Part shown: positions 7,967-16,700 of the stretch, in pieces
Numbering within the stretch: position 1 is the first letter of the stretch
Layout of the letters: each line of letters opens with the position of its first letter
Virus record (IMG/VR): IMGVR_UViG_3300034069_001889
Location: 13,723-77,722 of that record
DNA: 64,000 nt
Reading direction: 5' to 3' (one strand)
Origin: a virus
Made by a program: the position numbers and the translations under genes
The notes under the pieces: generated by a model
What the model was told of the DNA's origin: nothing
The model's database searches: none
Seen by the model: only the letters and a program-made list of their open reading frames with translations

Positions 7967-10024
7967 CTACCCCATCTTCGTGGTCGGCTTTTTCATCGAC
8001 CCTTCAATTTTCTTGAGCCCGCCGATCACCTCAAGAATTTTCGTCATGGCGCCGGCGGTGGCCGCCTGATTGATCTGTTTGAGGCCGAGTCTTGAGCTCA
8101 GCGTGAGTTCCGCCAGGAAGTCGGCGGCCTTGTCGAGCACCGGTACGTAGGACACGAACCGGGCCAAGTTGTCCGGATTGAGGAACTTCAACGCGAGGAG
8201 CGTATCGACCGTCGCCGTATCTTCAATCTCTGCGGCTTCTTTAATCAAAGTCTTGCGGAGCACTTCGCATGCCTTGGCAATTTTTACATGCGCCTCTTTC
8301 ACGCGCTCTTTCGTTCGTTCCGACGACTCAAGTTTGCTGGTGCCGTGAACCGAGCATTTACCGCGGCGCTTGGCCCGCTCCATGACTTTGGCAATTTTTT
8401 CATGGTCCGCGCCAAGGTTGTGAAGGAGGAGTTTTGTTTCGCGCGGGCTACACGCAAGCTTGGGCAGCCCGGCCCCCGAGAACTCATACACCGTTCCCGT
8501 AAACCGGACGTTGACGGGATCGACGTCCATACGCTGCATGGCGGTCTTTTCCATCCACTCGGTCGAGGTTGAGCAAACGTCCGACATGGCTTCGGTGGGG
8601 ATCCAGAGCATCTTGGACGGAATAATGAAGTAGTCTTTCCGCGGCGTCGTGAAGCCCAGCGATTCGAGCGATTTTTTGTCACGGAAGTGTTCGGACACGT
8701 AGCCGTGTTCGCCCTCGCGGCCAAAACTGCTGCCGTAGCCGCGACGCACCTGAAAGCTACGTCCGTGGTCATCGGTCACAGACAGGAGGTCAAAGTTTTC
8801 GATGCTCTTGATCACGACCGGGATCGTGGCGATCGCTTTGTTTTCAGCGCCGACGTAGATAAATGTTCCACGCTGACCTACGGCCGGGTTGCTCGGGCGC
8901 AGAATGCGCTTCAAGCGGCTCGACTGGGGCGCCGGGATGCCGGCCACGTCTTTCTGGTAAGAACTCTGAACTTCGGACAGAACAACTTTCCCGCTGATGC
9001 GGTTGCCACTAAAGTCAACGACGTCGGGAATGACGGCGGCCTCAAACTGAGAACCGGTGCGACTCTGAACCGTGTAGCACCCAAACGTGTCGACACTCAC
9101 CGCAGACTTTTCTTCGCGGTCAAAAAGCCAAACGTTGCCGCTGGTGACCGGCTTGACGACGAGGAACTTTTCGCCAACGCGGTCAATCTCACCCATCGCG
9201 TCTTTTGGTCTGTCGATGATCTTGGCCAGGTATTCTTCGCAACCTTGGCGGTTCAGGCGAAGTTGGTCTTGAAGATCATACGTCTTTTCGCCCATCGTCA
9301 GGAGCGAGTATTTGTCGTTACTCTCCCTCTGGATGTCGACCGCGGCCGCGGGAATGAGCTTTCGTACTTCGGCCGCGTAATCTTTTTGGTTTCGCTTGCC
9401 CTGCTTGGCCGCGAGCTTTTGGATAATTTCCTTGTGGCCGTGGCGCGCGAATTTTTGGAGAAGCATGGGCTCTTGCCGCAGCGTGTCCTTGAATTTCTCC
9501 AAATCCTCGGCGCTCATGGTGTCGGCGATTTGGTCGAGCATGTTGTATCCGGCGGACGCGTAGGCGTAGCGGTGACCCTGGGGGGCGTAGGTGCTCCCCC
9601 ACATGGCTTGATCGCTAAAGAATTGGCCGGGTTGATCCGCGGGCCGGGGGTCGAGCCCGTCGGAGAGCGAGCTCACGAAGAAAAGCTCTTTGAACGTGTC
9701 GAGCGTCAGGGGGTGGACGGCCTGCGTGTCTTTTTCCATCCACACGTCGAGCGGGTGCATTTGGAATTTTTCGATGACGAGCGGCACGAAGCACGATTTG
9801 CCGACGTCCGGCGACACGACGTGGACGGCTCCGATGGCAGTTCCGGTCTGGTCGTCTTTTTTCTTGAATTCGACCGTCAGCGGCAATTTAGAGATGTCTG
9901 GGAACTGTTCGCGCATAAGCGTCGTGATGACCTCGGCCCACTTCTCGACATTCTCTGGCAATTTCGTTCGCTGAACGTTCGGAAGCTGAGGCTCCACGGC
10001 AAACAGGTTCTCAAGACCAGCCAT
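7967..10024 (-). CDS. Large hypothetical protein (685 aa), probably virion-associated; multiple K-x-A motifs
   Basis: GGAG RBS; heads the run with three leader-bearing genes; contains KLAA, EKTAM, EKIAK, KIAK, KEAA. Confidence 0.85.
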   Translation of the reverse strand: MAGLENLFAVEPQLPNVQRTKLPENVEKWAEVITTLMREQFPDISKLPLTVEFKKKDDQTGTAIGAVHVVSPDVGKSCFVPLVIEKFQMHPLDVWMEKDTQAVHPLTLDTFKELFFVSSLSDGLDPRPADQPGQFFSDQAMWGSTYAPQGHRYAYASAGYNMLDQIADTMSAEDLEKFKDTLRQEPMLLQKFARHGHKEIIQKLAAKQGKRNQKDYAAEVRKLIPAAAVDIQRESNDKYSLLTMGEKTYDLQDQLRLNRQGCEEYLAKIIDRPKDAMGEIDRVGEKFLVVKPVTSGNVWLFDREEKSAVSVDTFGCYTVQSRTGSQFEAAVIPDVVDFSGNRISGKVVLSEVQSSYQKDVAGIPAPQSSRLKRILRPSNPAVGQRGTFIYVGAENKAIATIPVVIKSIENFDLLSVTDDHGRSFQVRRGYGSSFGREGEHGYVSEHFRDKKSLESLGFTTPRKDYFIIPSKMLWIPTEAMSDVCSTSTEWMEKTAMQRMDVDPVNVRFTGTVYEFSGAGLPKLACSPRETKLLLHNLGADHEKIAKVMERAKRRGKCSVHGTSKLESSERTKERVKEAHVKIAKACEVLRKTLIKEAAEIEDTATVDTLLALKFLNPDNLARFVSYVPVLDKAADFLAELTLSSRLGLKQINQAATAGAMTKILEVIGGLKKIEGSMKKPTTKMG

Positions 10025-10098
10025 TAAGTTGACTCCTTAAAAGTAGCGTAGACGTCGTTATTTTACCACGATGAGCCAGGTGGCCCATATCAAAGTGT

Positions 10099-10695
10099 TT
10101 AGCTTAAAGCCCCGGTGCCCGCCCCGGCCCCAGGTACGGGAACGGGGATGGCCGGCGAGCCCAAGATCACGACCGCGCCAGTCGCCGTGGCAAGACCTGC
10201 GGCGCAGCCCATACCGATGGCCTTGGCAAAGTTTGGCCACTGCGGTCCGTTGAAGCTGCAGGCGCCCGCGATCGCCGATCCCCACGCTTCGCCGACGACG
10301 GGTATGCTGCCCGGCACGACCGTGCCTGCGCCCACGAAAACAGGCGCGTGGGCGCTTGTGAGCGTGATCGTGGCGAGCTGCTGTACGAGGCACTGGGCGA
10401 TGGCGTCGCAGATGTCCTGGAGCTTCGGGCCGCCGTCGGTTTTGAAAAGACCTTTAGCGGTGGACGCGATGGTCATGGCCACGGTGTCCGGAACAACACC
10501 AGATAGGCCAGCCCCGGTTCCAACGCCCGCGCCAACGGTGGTACCGACGTCAATCGTCTGGAAGGTCTTGCCGGCCAAGTGCATGACGCTACCGGTGCCG
10601 ATGGCTTTGCAAAGATCGGGCAGACTGGGGCCCGAACACTCTTTCCCGCTAAGAATTCCCTGCAGAGTGCTTGCCCAGGCGTCGGCGTTGAGCAC
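10099..10695 (-). CDS. Gly/Ala/Thr-rich protein next to the spike (possible tail-tip component)
   Basis: Starts 2 nt after the spike stop; internal duplication of an ...AIG.G... segment. Function inferred from position only. Confidence 0.6.
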   Translation of the reverse strand: MLNADAWASTLQGILSGKECSGPSLPDLCKAIGTGSVMHLAGKTFQTIDVGTTVGAGVGTGAGLSGVVPDTVAMTIASTAKGLFKTDGGPKLQDICDAIAQCLVQQLATITLTSAHAPVFVGAGTVVPGSIPVVGEAWGSAIAGACSFNGPQWPNFAKAIGMGCAAGLATATGAVVILGSPAIPVPVPGAGAGTGALS

Positions 10696-10697
10696 GA

Positions 10698-11801
10698 TTA
10701 GCCAGCCGTCACAGTTTCGACACCCATTGAAGGGGCGCCCGTGATGTTGTCAACCAAAGGGCTCGACACAGTAGTAAGCACCTGCCCAGAACTGCCGTTG
10801 AGCATGATCTTGCTCGCGTCGATCTTGGCGTTACCGCCCGCCTTGACCGCGACGTCACCGGTGGCGTCCACGGAAGCGTCTCCACCCGCCGTGACGCTGA
10901 CCTTTCCTCCGGCCTGCACCGTGGCGTCACCCTGGGCGTTTAACTGCACGTCGCCCGTCACCTGGCCGGACAGTTTGCCTTGGGTCTGAAACTGCACGTC
11001 ACCGGTTGCGGCATCAATCTTCATGGAAAATTTACCCGGACCAATGTCGAGGTAGGTCGACCCGTCTTTTTTGATCGACATGCGAAACGATCGCGGCTTG
11101 AAGTCTAGGTTTTCATCGACCGCGCCCTGACGGATATCCAAGATTAGGTCGCTAGCGGGAAACCCTTCAATACTGCCGCCACCGGCTTCGTCATTTACAG
11201 CGGGTACGGTGCCAACATCGACAGAAACCGCGTTGCTTGGATTGTTTGACTCCCAAGCTTTAAAAGAAAGGTTTGTCGTTTCGTCATCGTTGTCGAGGTT
11301 CCAGTAAAGGTAGCCGCCCGCGGTTTCGAGCTCGCTATTCTGGCAAACCGCACTTATTAAATTTTCCGACGGTAGCCAAAAGGTTCGACAAAGTAGAGTG
11401 GACTGGACTTCGACCGTCCCACCCGTGCGAAGGATGATCCGGTTATTGGCGGTGGTTTTGAAGACACGGTCACCAGGCAGCAATTCGACTTGATTGTCTC
11501 TTTGCGTCTCGCCATCACTCATCTGCATGGTCGACGCGCCCAGCCAATACGAGTCGGGGCCTACGAATAAAATGACGCCGTAGCTTCCTTCGCGCGGGAT
11601 TGAAACGTCTTCGTCCCCGTCAAGGTGCCACTGACTGTGTAAGATCTTGACGCCGTACAGATCCAAATCGTCGGTGTTTTGGAGGCCGAACGTTTTGGCC
11701 CGAACGGTGCGAGCACTGGAGTCGACGTGCGTAATTCGTCCAATGCAGGCGAGCCCTGTTCGGTCCAGGCCGCCCTCATACTGTGACCACTCATTTGCCA
11801 T
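10698..11801 (-). CDS. Baseplate central spike (GpV/gp5/VgrG-like)
   Basis: N-terminal OB-fold-like [14 protein letters not shown]; C-terminal 8-residue beta-helix repeats ([54 protein letters not shown]). Start placed at ATG 11801. Confidence 0.75.
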   Translation of the reverse strand: MANEWSQYEGGLDRTGLACIGRITHVDSSARTVRAKTFGLQNTDDLDLYGVKILHSQWHLDGDEDVSIPREGSYGVILFVGPDSYWLGASTMQMSDGETQRDNQVELLPGDRVFKTTANNRIILRTGGTVEVQSTLLCRTFWLPSENLISAVCQNSELETAGGYLYWNLDNDDETTNLSFKAWESNNPSNAVSVDVGTVPAVNDEAGGGSIEGFPASDLILDIRQGAVDENLDFKPRSFRMSIKKDGSTYLDIGPGKFSMKIDAATGDVQFQTQGKLSGQVTGDVQLNAQGDATVQAGGKVSVTAGGDASVDATGDVAVKAGGNAKIDASKIMLNGSSGQVLTTVSSPLVDNITGAPSMGVETVTAG

Positions 11802-11843
11802 TGCCAAAGGCTAGCATGTGGAGAAAAATTTTTACAGATATTC

Positions 11844-11853
11844 GATATAAGCT
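11844..11853 (+). promoter_or_regulatory. Candidate promoter motif GATATAAGCT upstream of ssb
   Basis: One of four G-R-TATA-D-G-Y-T motifs heading plus-strand units; followed by a 9-bp palindrome TTTGAGGAG/CTCCTCAAA (11855-11877). Confidence 0.45.
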
Positions 11854-11891
11854 ATTTGAGGAGGTTTTCTCCTCAAAACACAGGAGGACAC

Positions 11892-12320
11892 ATGTCAGGA
11901 GTAAACAAGGTCATTCTCGTCGGGCGCCTCGGGGCTGACCCCGAAGTGAAGCAAGTGCGGGACTCGCAGATGGCGCAGCTCAGCCTGGCAACCAGCGAAA
12001 AATACACCACGAAGGACGGGCAGAAACAGGAAAAGACCGAATGGCACCGCATCGTGGTCTGGGGCAAACAGGCCGAAGTGATTGGTAAGTACGCGACAAA
12101 GGGCAGCATGCTTTTCGTCGAAGGCAAGCTGCAGACCCGTTCGTGGGAAGACCAGCAGGGCCAGAAACGCTACACGACCGAAGTTCAATGTTCGGGCTTT
12201 CAATTCCTGTCGTCCAACAAAGAGGGCGGGGGCGGCCAGTCGAACAATTCCAGGTCCAACGTCGACCACGACTTTGGAAATTCACCCAACTTTAGCGCAG
12301 ACGAAGAGATTCCGTTCTAG
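11892..12320 (+). CDS. ssb: Single-stranded DNA-binding protein, bacterial type
   Basis: [18 protein letters not shown]...[11 protein letters not shown]...[10 protein letters not shown]; acidic C-terminal DEEIPF; AGGAGG RBS at 11882. Confidence 0.97.
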   Translation: MSGVNKVILVGRLGADPEVKQVRDSQMAQLSLATSEKYTTKDGQKQEKTEWHRIVVWGKQAEVIGKYATKGSMLFVEGKLQTRSWEDQQGQKRYTTEVQCSGFQFLSSNKEGGGGQSNNSRSNVDHDFGNSPNFSADEEIPF

Positions 12321-12348
12321 TAACGTTTAAACCCAAGGAGGGACTGTA

Positions 12349-12579
12349 ATGGCTAAAGACGACGACGCAGACACCGAAGTGACCGAGGAATTCGAGCACG
12401 AAGAAGTCGATGATACCGACCTCGATCAAGACGAAGAGCCCGAAGAGGAGGAGATCGAGTTTGAGGTGGAAGAAGAAGATGATGAATTTAATCCCAGAGA
12501 CGAAAATGACGACGGGATAGATTTCGAAGAAGAGGAAGAAGTCGAGGAGCAAGAGCTCCCCGTGGGCCAAGCTCACTAG
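12349..12579 (+). CDS. Extremely acidic small protein (42 of 76 residues D/E)
   Basis: AAGGAGG RBS; directly follows ssb and precedes a terminator. Confidence 0.8.
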   Translation: MAKDDDADTEVTEEFEHEEVDDTDLDQDEEPEEEEIEFEVEEEDDEFNPRDENDDGIDFEEEEEVEEQELPVGQAH

Positions 12580-12590
12580 TTCCTCGGAAG

Positions 12591-12626
12591 AAACCCGTCC
12601 CGCTTACCCGGAGGCGGGTTTTCTTT
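12591..12626 (+). terminator. Intrinsic terminator after the ssb/acidic protein unit
   Basis: AAACCCG...CGGGTTT stem followed by TTCTTT. Confidence 0.7.
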
Positions 12627-12650
12627 AAGCGCCAAATGTCTTAGATTCCG

Positions 12651-12660
12651 GGTATATGTT
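12651..12660 (+). promoter_or_regulatory. Candidate promoter motif GGTATATGTT directly upstream of the structured RNA
   Basis: Same motif class as 11844, 19963 and 31815; the implied +1 falls at about 12664-12667, the 5' strand of the closing helix. Confidence 0.5.
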
Positions 12661-12663
12661 TAC

Positions 12664-12976
12664 TGGTAGAGATTTACAGCTTCGTACGCGAAGACTGTTC
12701 ATCTTGCATTCTCTCGCACACAGACAGACGTTTGTTTCTTTGAACCGCTAAGTTCGCTTCGCGGTGTTCCGTCCAATTAAGCAAGCAGTTGTCGCTCAAG
12801 GCGCAGTCTCCTTTGGCGAAAAACGACTTGTCGTTTGTCTACAGTCTCTATGGTAATTCTCGCACGGTCGGCCTTGTTCACGTTGGTTCACCCCAGCCCA
12901 TAGGCTTTCTTGGGGGTTGCCCGTAAGACCATAGACTATCGTTTCAAAGAGAGACCTGGTTCGCGTCCAGCTACCA
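12664..12976 (+). ncRNA. Unclassified structured RNA candidate with tRNA-like closing domain
   Basis: Closing helix TGGTAG(12664-69)/CTACCA(12971-76); T-arm-like CTGG-TTCGCGT-CCAG (12956-70); UACG- and UUCG-capped hairpins; long-range helices 12710-15/12949-54, 12722-30/12832-40 (G-U on + strand) and 12848-54/12928-34; no credible ORF. Confidence 0.6.
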
Positions 12977-13019
12977 CACATGACGCGACCTGCGCCTTAT
13001 TGGGCCCGTGAGGCCCCCC

Positions 13020-13041
13020 GTGCCCGCGAGGGCACATTTTT
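13020..13041 (+). terminator. Intrinsic terminator downstream of the structured RNA
   Basis: GTGCCC-GCGA-GGGCAC (GNRA loop) followed by ATTTTT; a second GC hairpin GGGCC-cgtga-GGCCC lies just upstream. Confidence 0.7.
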
Positions 13042-13127
13042 ACGTCGGTGTTTTTATTTTACCTATTCCCTTTGGCCGCGACTGGTGTATAGCCATCCCA
13101 CAAACGCGCAAGCGAAAGGAAATTCAC

Positions 13128-13535
13128 ATGCTACAAAGTACCCAGGTCCTCAAACTCAAGAATGCCGTTCGGTCGACGCTTGGTTCGATGGCACTGAACG
13201 ATTTGCAACAAGTTGGCGTGCTCGACGACGTGTTGCTGCTTTTAAAAAAGCTAGAGCCGCAGGCGGGCGTCAAATCGACGCTGACTTCGTTGGGCGTAGA
13301 CCCGAGCGACAAACAAGAACAACCTGCCGAGAGCATTGCCGCGAGCACGGCGGGGAACATCAAGACATTACGCAAAAGATCTCCTAAGCGCAGCTACTCC
13401 GAAAAAGTCCGCAAGGAATTTGCGAGACTCTTGGCGGAAGAATCAAAATCCGTCCCTTCCGCCGCCCGTAAGCTCGGCATCAATGTTGCCACGGCGTACG
13501 GCTGGAAAAGCTTGATCTCAAAAACTGCCAATTAG
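13128..13535 (+). CDS. Helix-turn-helix DNA-binding protein (~135 aa)
   Basis: C-terminal YSEKVRKEFARLL...SVPSAARKLGINVATAYGWK (HTH_Tnp_1-like); AAAGGA RBS before ATG 13128; no transposase catalytic domain. Confidence 0.7.
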   Translation: MLQSTQVLKLKNAVRSTLGSMALNDLQQVGVLDDVLLLLKKLEPQAGVKSTLTSLGVDPSDKQEQPAESIAASTAGNIKTLRKRSPKRSYSEKVRKEFARLLAEESKSVPSAARKLGINVATAYGWKSLISKTAN

Positions 13536-13780
13536 TACTGAATGATCTGGGGCGGGGGAGGTGGCGGCTCCTTCGGCCCGGAGAATGCCTTGGCGGCAAG
13601 CACGGTCCCGCCGAGTGCCATGAACGGGTGCTTCTTGATCAAGCCCGACACCATGCCCGGTGATTTTTTTGCAACGTCCGCGCCTGCGGCCGCGGCGGGC
13701 GCGCCTTTAAACACCTGACCCGCCTTAGCCGTCATGTCGCCGAAGAACCCTGCCGTCTTCTCAAATCCACTACTAAACAT
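13532..13780 (-). CDS. Small protein with MFSSGFEKTA leader, amphipathic Gly/Ala core and poly-Pro tail
   Basis: ATG overlaps the RNAP stop (TGATG); leader motif. Confidence 0.8.
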   Translation of the reverse strand: MFSSGFEKTAGFFGDMTAKAGQVFKGAPAAAAGADVAKKSPGMVSGLIKKHPFMALGGTVLAAKAFSGPKEPPPPPPQIIQY

Positions 13781-16700
13781 CAGTATGTCTCTTTCTTTTT
13801 ACCGAACGACGCCCCGTGAGCGAACGCAGGGATCGGGTGATTGTCGGCCACGTCCGACGACCAGTTCTGCGCCGCGCCCTCGGTCAACGTATTCTTAATT
13901 TTACGATACCCGAGCTGAGCCATCCAATTTTTCTTAGTAAACGGAATCTCGGTGATCGCCTTGATCATTGGCTTGTGAAGCAACGGATCTTTGAGCACGT
14001 CGATCTCATTACGGAAGCCCGCCGCCTTGAGGTAAGGGATGTCCTTGTCCTGGATCTCGTGAAGGGCCGGCAGCTTGCCCACGTTGTTCTGAAGGTGATA
14101 ACCCGCAGAATCTTCGACGTGGACCTTTTTAGCGCGCTGCTCGTTGTAGTGCTTGGCCGTCGTGTAGGGCATGACGTCCCCCGGAAGCACGTTCATGTGC
14201 TTTGGAGCGTGGAGCACCTGCGTGTTGTTCGCAACGGAGCGAACCACGGTCTCAAAGACACGGCGGTGCATGTTCACGCCCTGGCCCGCGTACGTGTTTT
14301 GAAGCTCGTCCACGATGTAGTTCTGGGCGGCGTCGAGACCTTTGTACCTCGCCAAGTTCTGGGGCTTGGTGACCCCTTCGGTCATGTTGTCGCCAACTTT
14401 GACCCGGTCGCCGACTCTCACGTTCAGTTTCAGATCCGGGTGAGTGGTGTAGCGCTTGTCACCGACCTCGATAACGTGTCCGCCGGCGGGCGCTTTCGTA
14501 ATCTTGGACACCTTGCCCTCGTTGGTGGCCATCGTGGCTTCCCGTGCCAGGTGGGCCGGCTGATTGACGAGCTGGTTGACGCGGTTAAATCCGGACACCG
14601 TTGCCGCGCCGGCCACGCCGCCCGTGTGGAAGGTTCGCATCGTGAACTGGGTGACGGGTTCAGACATTGCCTGCCCCATCTTGGCCCCGATGTTGTCCCC
14701 GAGCGAAGGTTTAGCGCCGTGTTCGTCGATACCAAAACAACGGGCGCACGTGCCTTTGGGAGCAATGCATTCGAGCGGGGTGCGCACGTCAACGGTCTTA
14801 GCCCCCTTCTTACGCAGGCTCGACAGCACCTGTGGAGTCACCAGCGTGTTGCGAGCGTAGCCGTGCTGATCCCGCGACAGGTACCGATCATAGATATCTT
14901 GAGTTCGGTCGAGAGGGAGCTTCAGACCTTTTTTCGTTCCGCAATCATCAACGGTGATGATGTTGTCGACCGTTGCTGCCAAGATGTCTTTATTGAGCGC
15001 GCCGGGTTTCGACGTTTGGAGCGTCCGGTCCATCATGCCCTTGCGAACACCGTAAGACGCGATGAAATAGTCGGAGGTAGTCAGACCCTCGGCGTAGCTG
15101 TTCTTCACGGGGACGGGCACCTTGCGGTTTTTGGAATCCACGAGGATCCCGGGTGCCGTCACCATTTGCCGCAGCTGCAAATCGTTACCCTTGGCGCCGG
15201 ATTCCACCATGCGGTAAAAACTCGACCCAGAGTCCTTCAATTGCTTCTTGCCTGAAGTCTCGTAAGCCTGCGTGGCGGCCTTTTCGTAAATTTCGGAGAT
15301 CTTGGCGTCAAGTCCCACTCCGGCTTTTTCTTTCTTACGAAGGGCCGCGACCGCGCGATCGGCCATTGCGAACAAACGGTCCCGCTCTCTATTATCGACC
15401 TGCAAATCTTTGATGCTGGCCGAAAACCCGGTTTGGTACGAGTGCTGGTCGCCCAGGTTCTTGAGCTCCTGGACGAGGGTCGCAAATTTGTTCGGCTCTT
15501 TTTTAGCGAGGTCTTTGAAGAACTCACGCGCGCCGGCCTTGTTGAGCTGCTTGGTCACGTGAAAGCCGCTCGGCAAGAGCTTGTTGATCCGCGCGCGTCC
15601 CTCGGGGTTTTGAGAAAGAAGGTAGAGCCCGATGGCCGCTTCCTGCGAAGGAACGAGCATGAGTTCGCCGGTGCCGGGGTTCCAGAGGTTGTTCGACGGC
15701 AGCATCTTGTGCGATTCGGTCAGCGCTTCCTGGGAGATTGGCACGTGAATGTTGACCGCATCCCCGTCGATGTCGGCGTTGAAGCCTTTGAAGACGAGCG
15801 GAGGCACCTTGATCGCTAAACCGTCCGTGAGTTGTGGCTTGAAGGCCATGATCGAGAATTTGTGGAGCGACGGCGCCCGGTTCATCATGACCGTGCGTTT
15901 TTTCATCACGGCCTCAAGCTGCTGCCGGGCCCGGACGGTTTTCTTCTCCACCTCTTGGCGCGCGTCTACGGGGGCGTAGCCGGCTTTAACAAACTCGCTG
16001 ACGATGAATGGCTTGAAGATGCTCCACGCCATTTTTTCCGGGATGCCGATTTCATCCACGTGAAGATCCGGTCCGTTGGTGATCACGCCGCGGCCCACGA
16101 GATCTTGTTTCTTCGTGATTAATTTGTTGAGGAAGAAACCCTGCTTGGGCTGATTGTTCGAGATTTGCTGCAAGAAGCCTTCGGCCGGCTGGTCCTTACC
16201 CCGGGGGTAAAGAGCCTCCAGTCCCGAGATGACGCGCGTTTGTTTGTAAGTCTCCTGGCGGAGCTGGGCCTTTTCGCTATCGTCGAGGTATTTCATGACC
16301 GGGTACTTGTGCGCCTCGGCAAGGATACCAAGACCTTGGTAAAGGTAGTTGGACGGCGATACCGACCGCCCGATTCCAGGCAACTCCTCGATCGGGCGAA
16401 ACTTTGGCGGCACGACGGGCACGGTCGAGCGCGTGTAGGCGTCGGTGGGCTTGAGGTTAAGCTCTTTCAGTGCCGCGAGGTAGCGCACCTTACGGTTGAG
16501 CGAATCGATCTCCGTAGCTTTCGTGTCGGGCTTCGCGGCCCTCGACTTAAGCAAAGCGCTCGCATTTTTCATTTCCTGCTCGACGTCGATGCCTTTAAGC
16601 AAATGCGAAATGGCTTCCCCACCCGTGACGTACCCTGGCGACGTTTTATCGGTGATCTTACCGTCCTTGCCTAGAAACCGCTTTCCCGCGATCAAGTCGT

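Noticed and set aside
8687-10027. Long antisense ORFs (e.g. 8687..10027+, 13816..15255+, 17050..18087+, 21964..22842+, 49455..50264+)
   Set aside because: They are shadows of well-supported minus-strand genes in GC-rich DNA, with no RBS, motifs or plausible composition.
12841-12940. Group I intron R/S-like words (CAGTC, GACTA)
   Set aside because: They occur in the wrong order on both strands, no host exon is interrupted, and they are explained by an ordinary helix.
12664-12976. tmRNA (ssrA) or tRNA call for the structured RNA
   Set aside because: The closing stem has only 6 clean pairs and no G3-U70, the T-stem has 4 bp, and there is no canonical GATTCGAC loop or convincing short tag ORF ending in ..AA* (GCG AAA AAC GAC reads on for over 30 codons). 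Kept as an unclassified RNA.
13128-13535. IS3-family transposase suggested by the HTH_Tnp_1-like domain
   Set aside because: No downstream DDE integrase ORF, frameshift signal or terminal inverted repeats.
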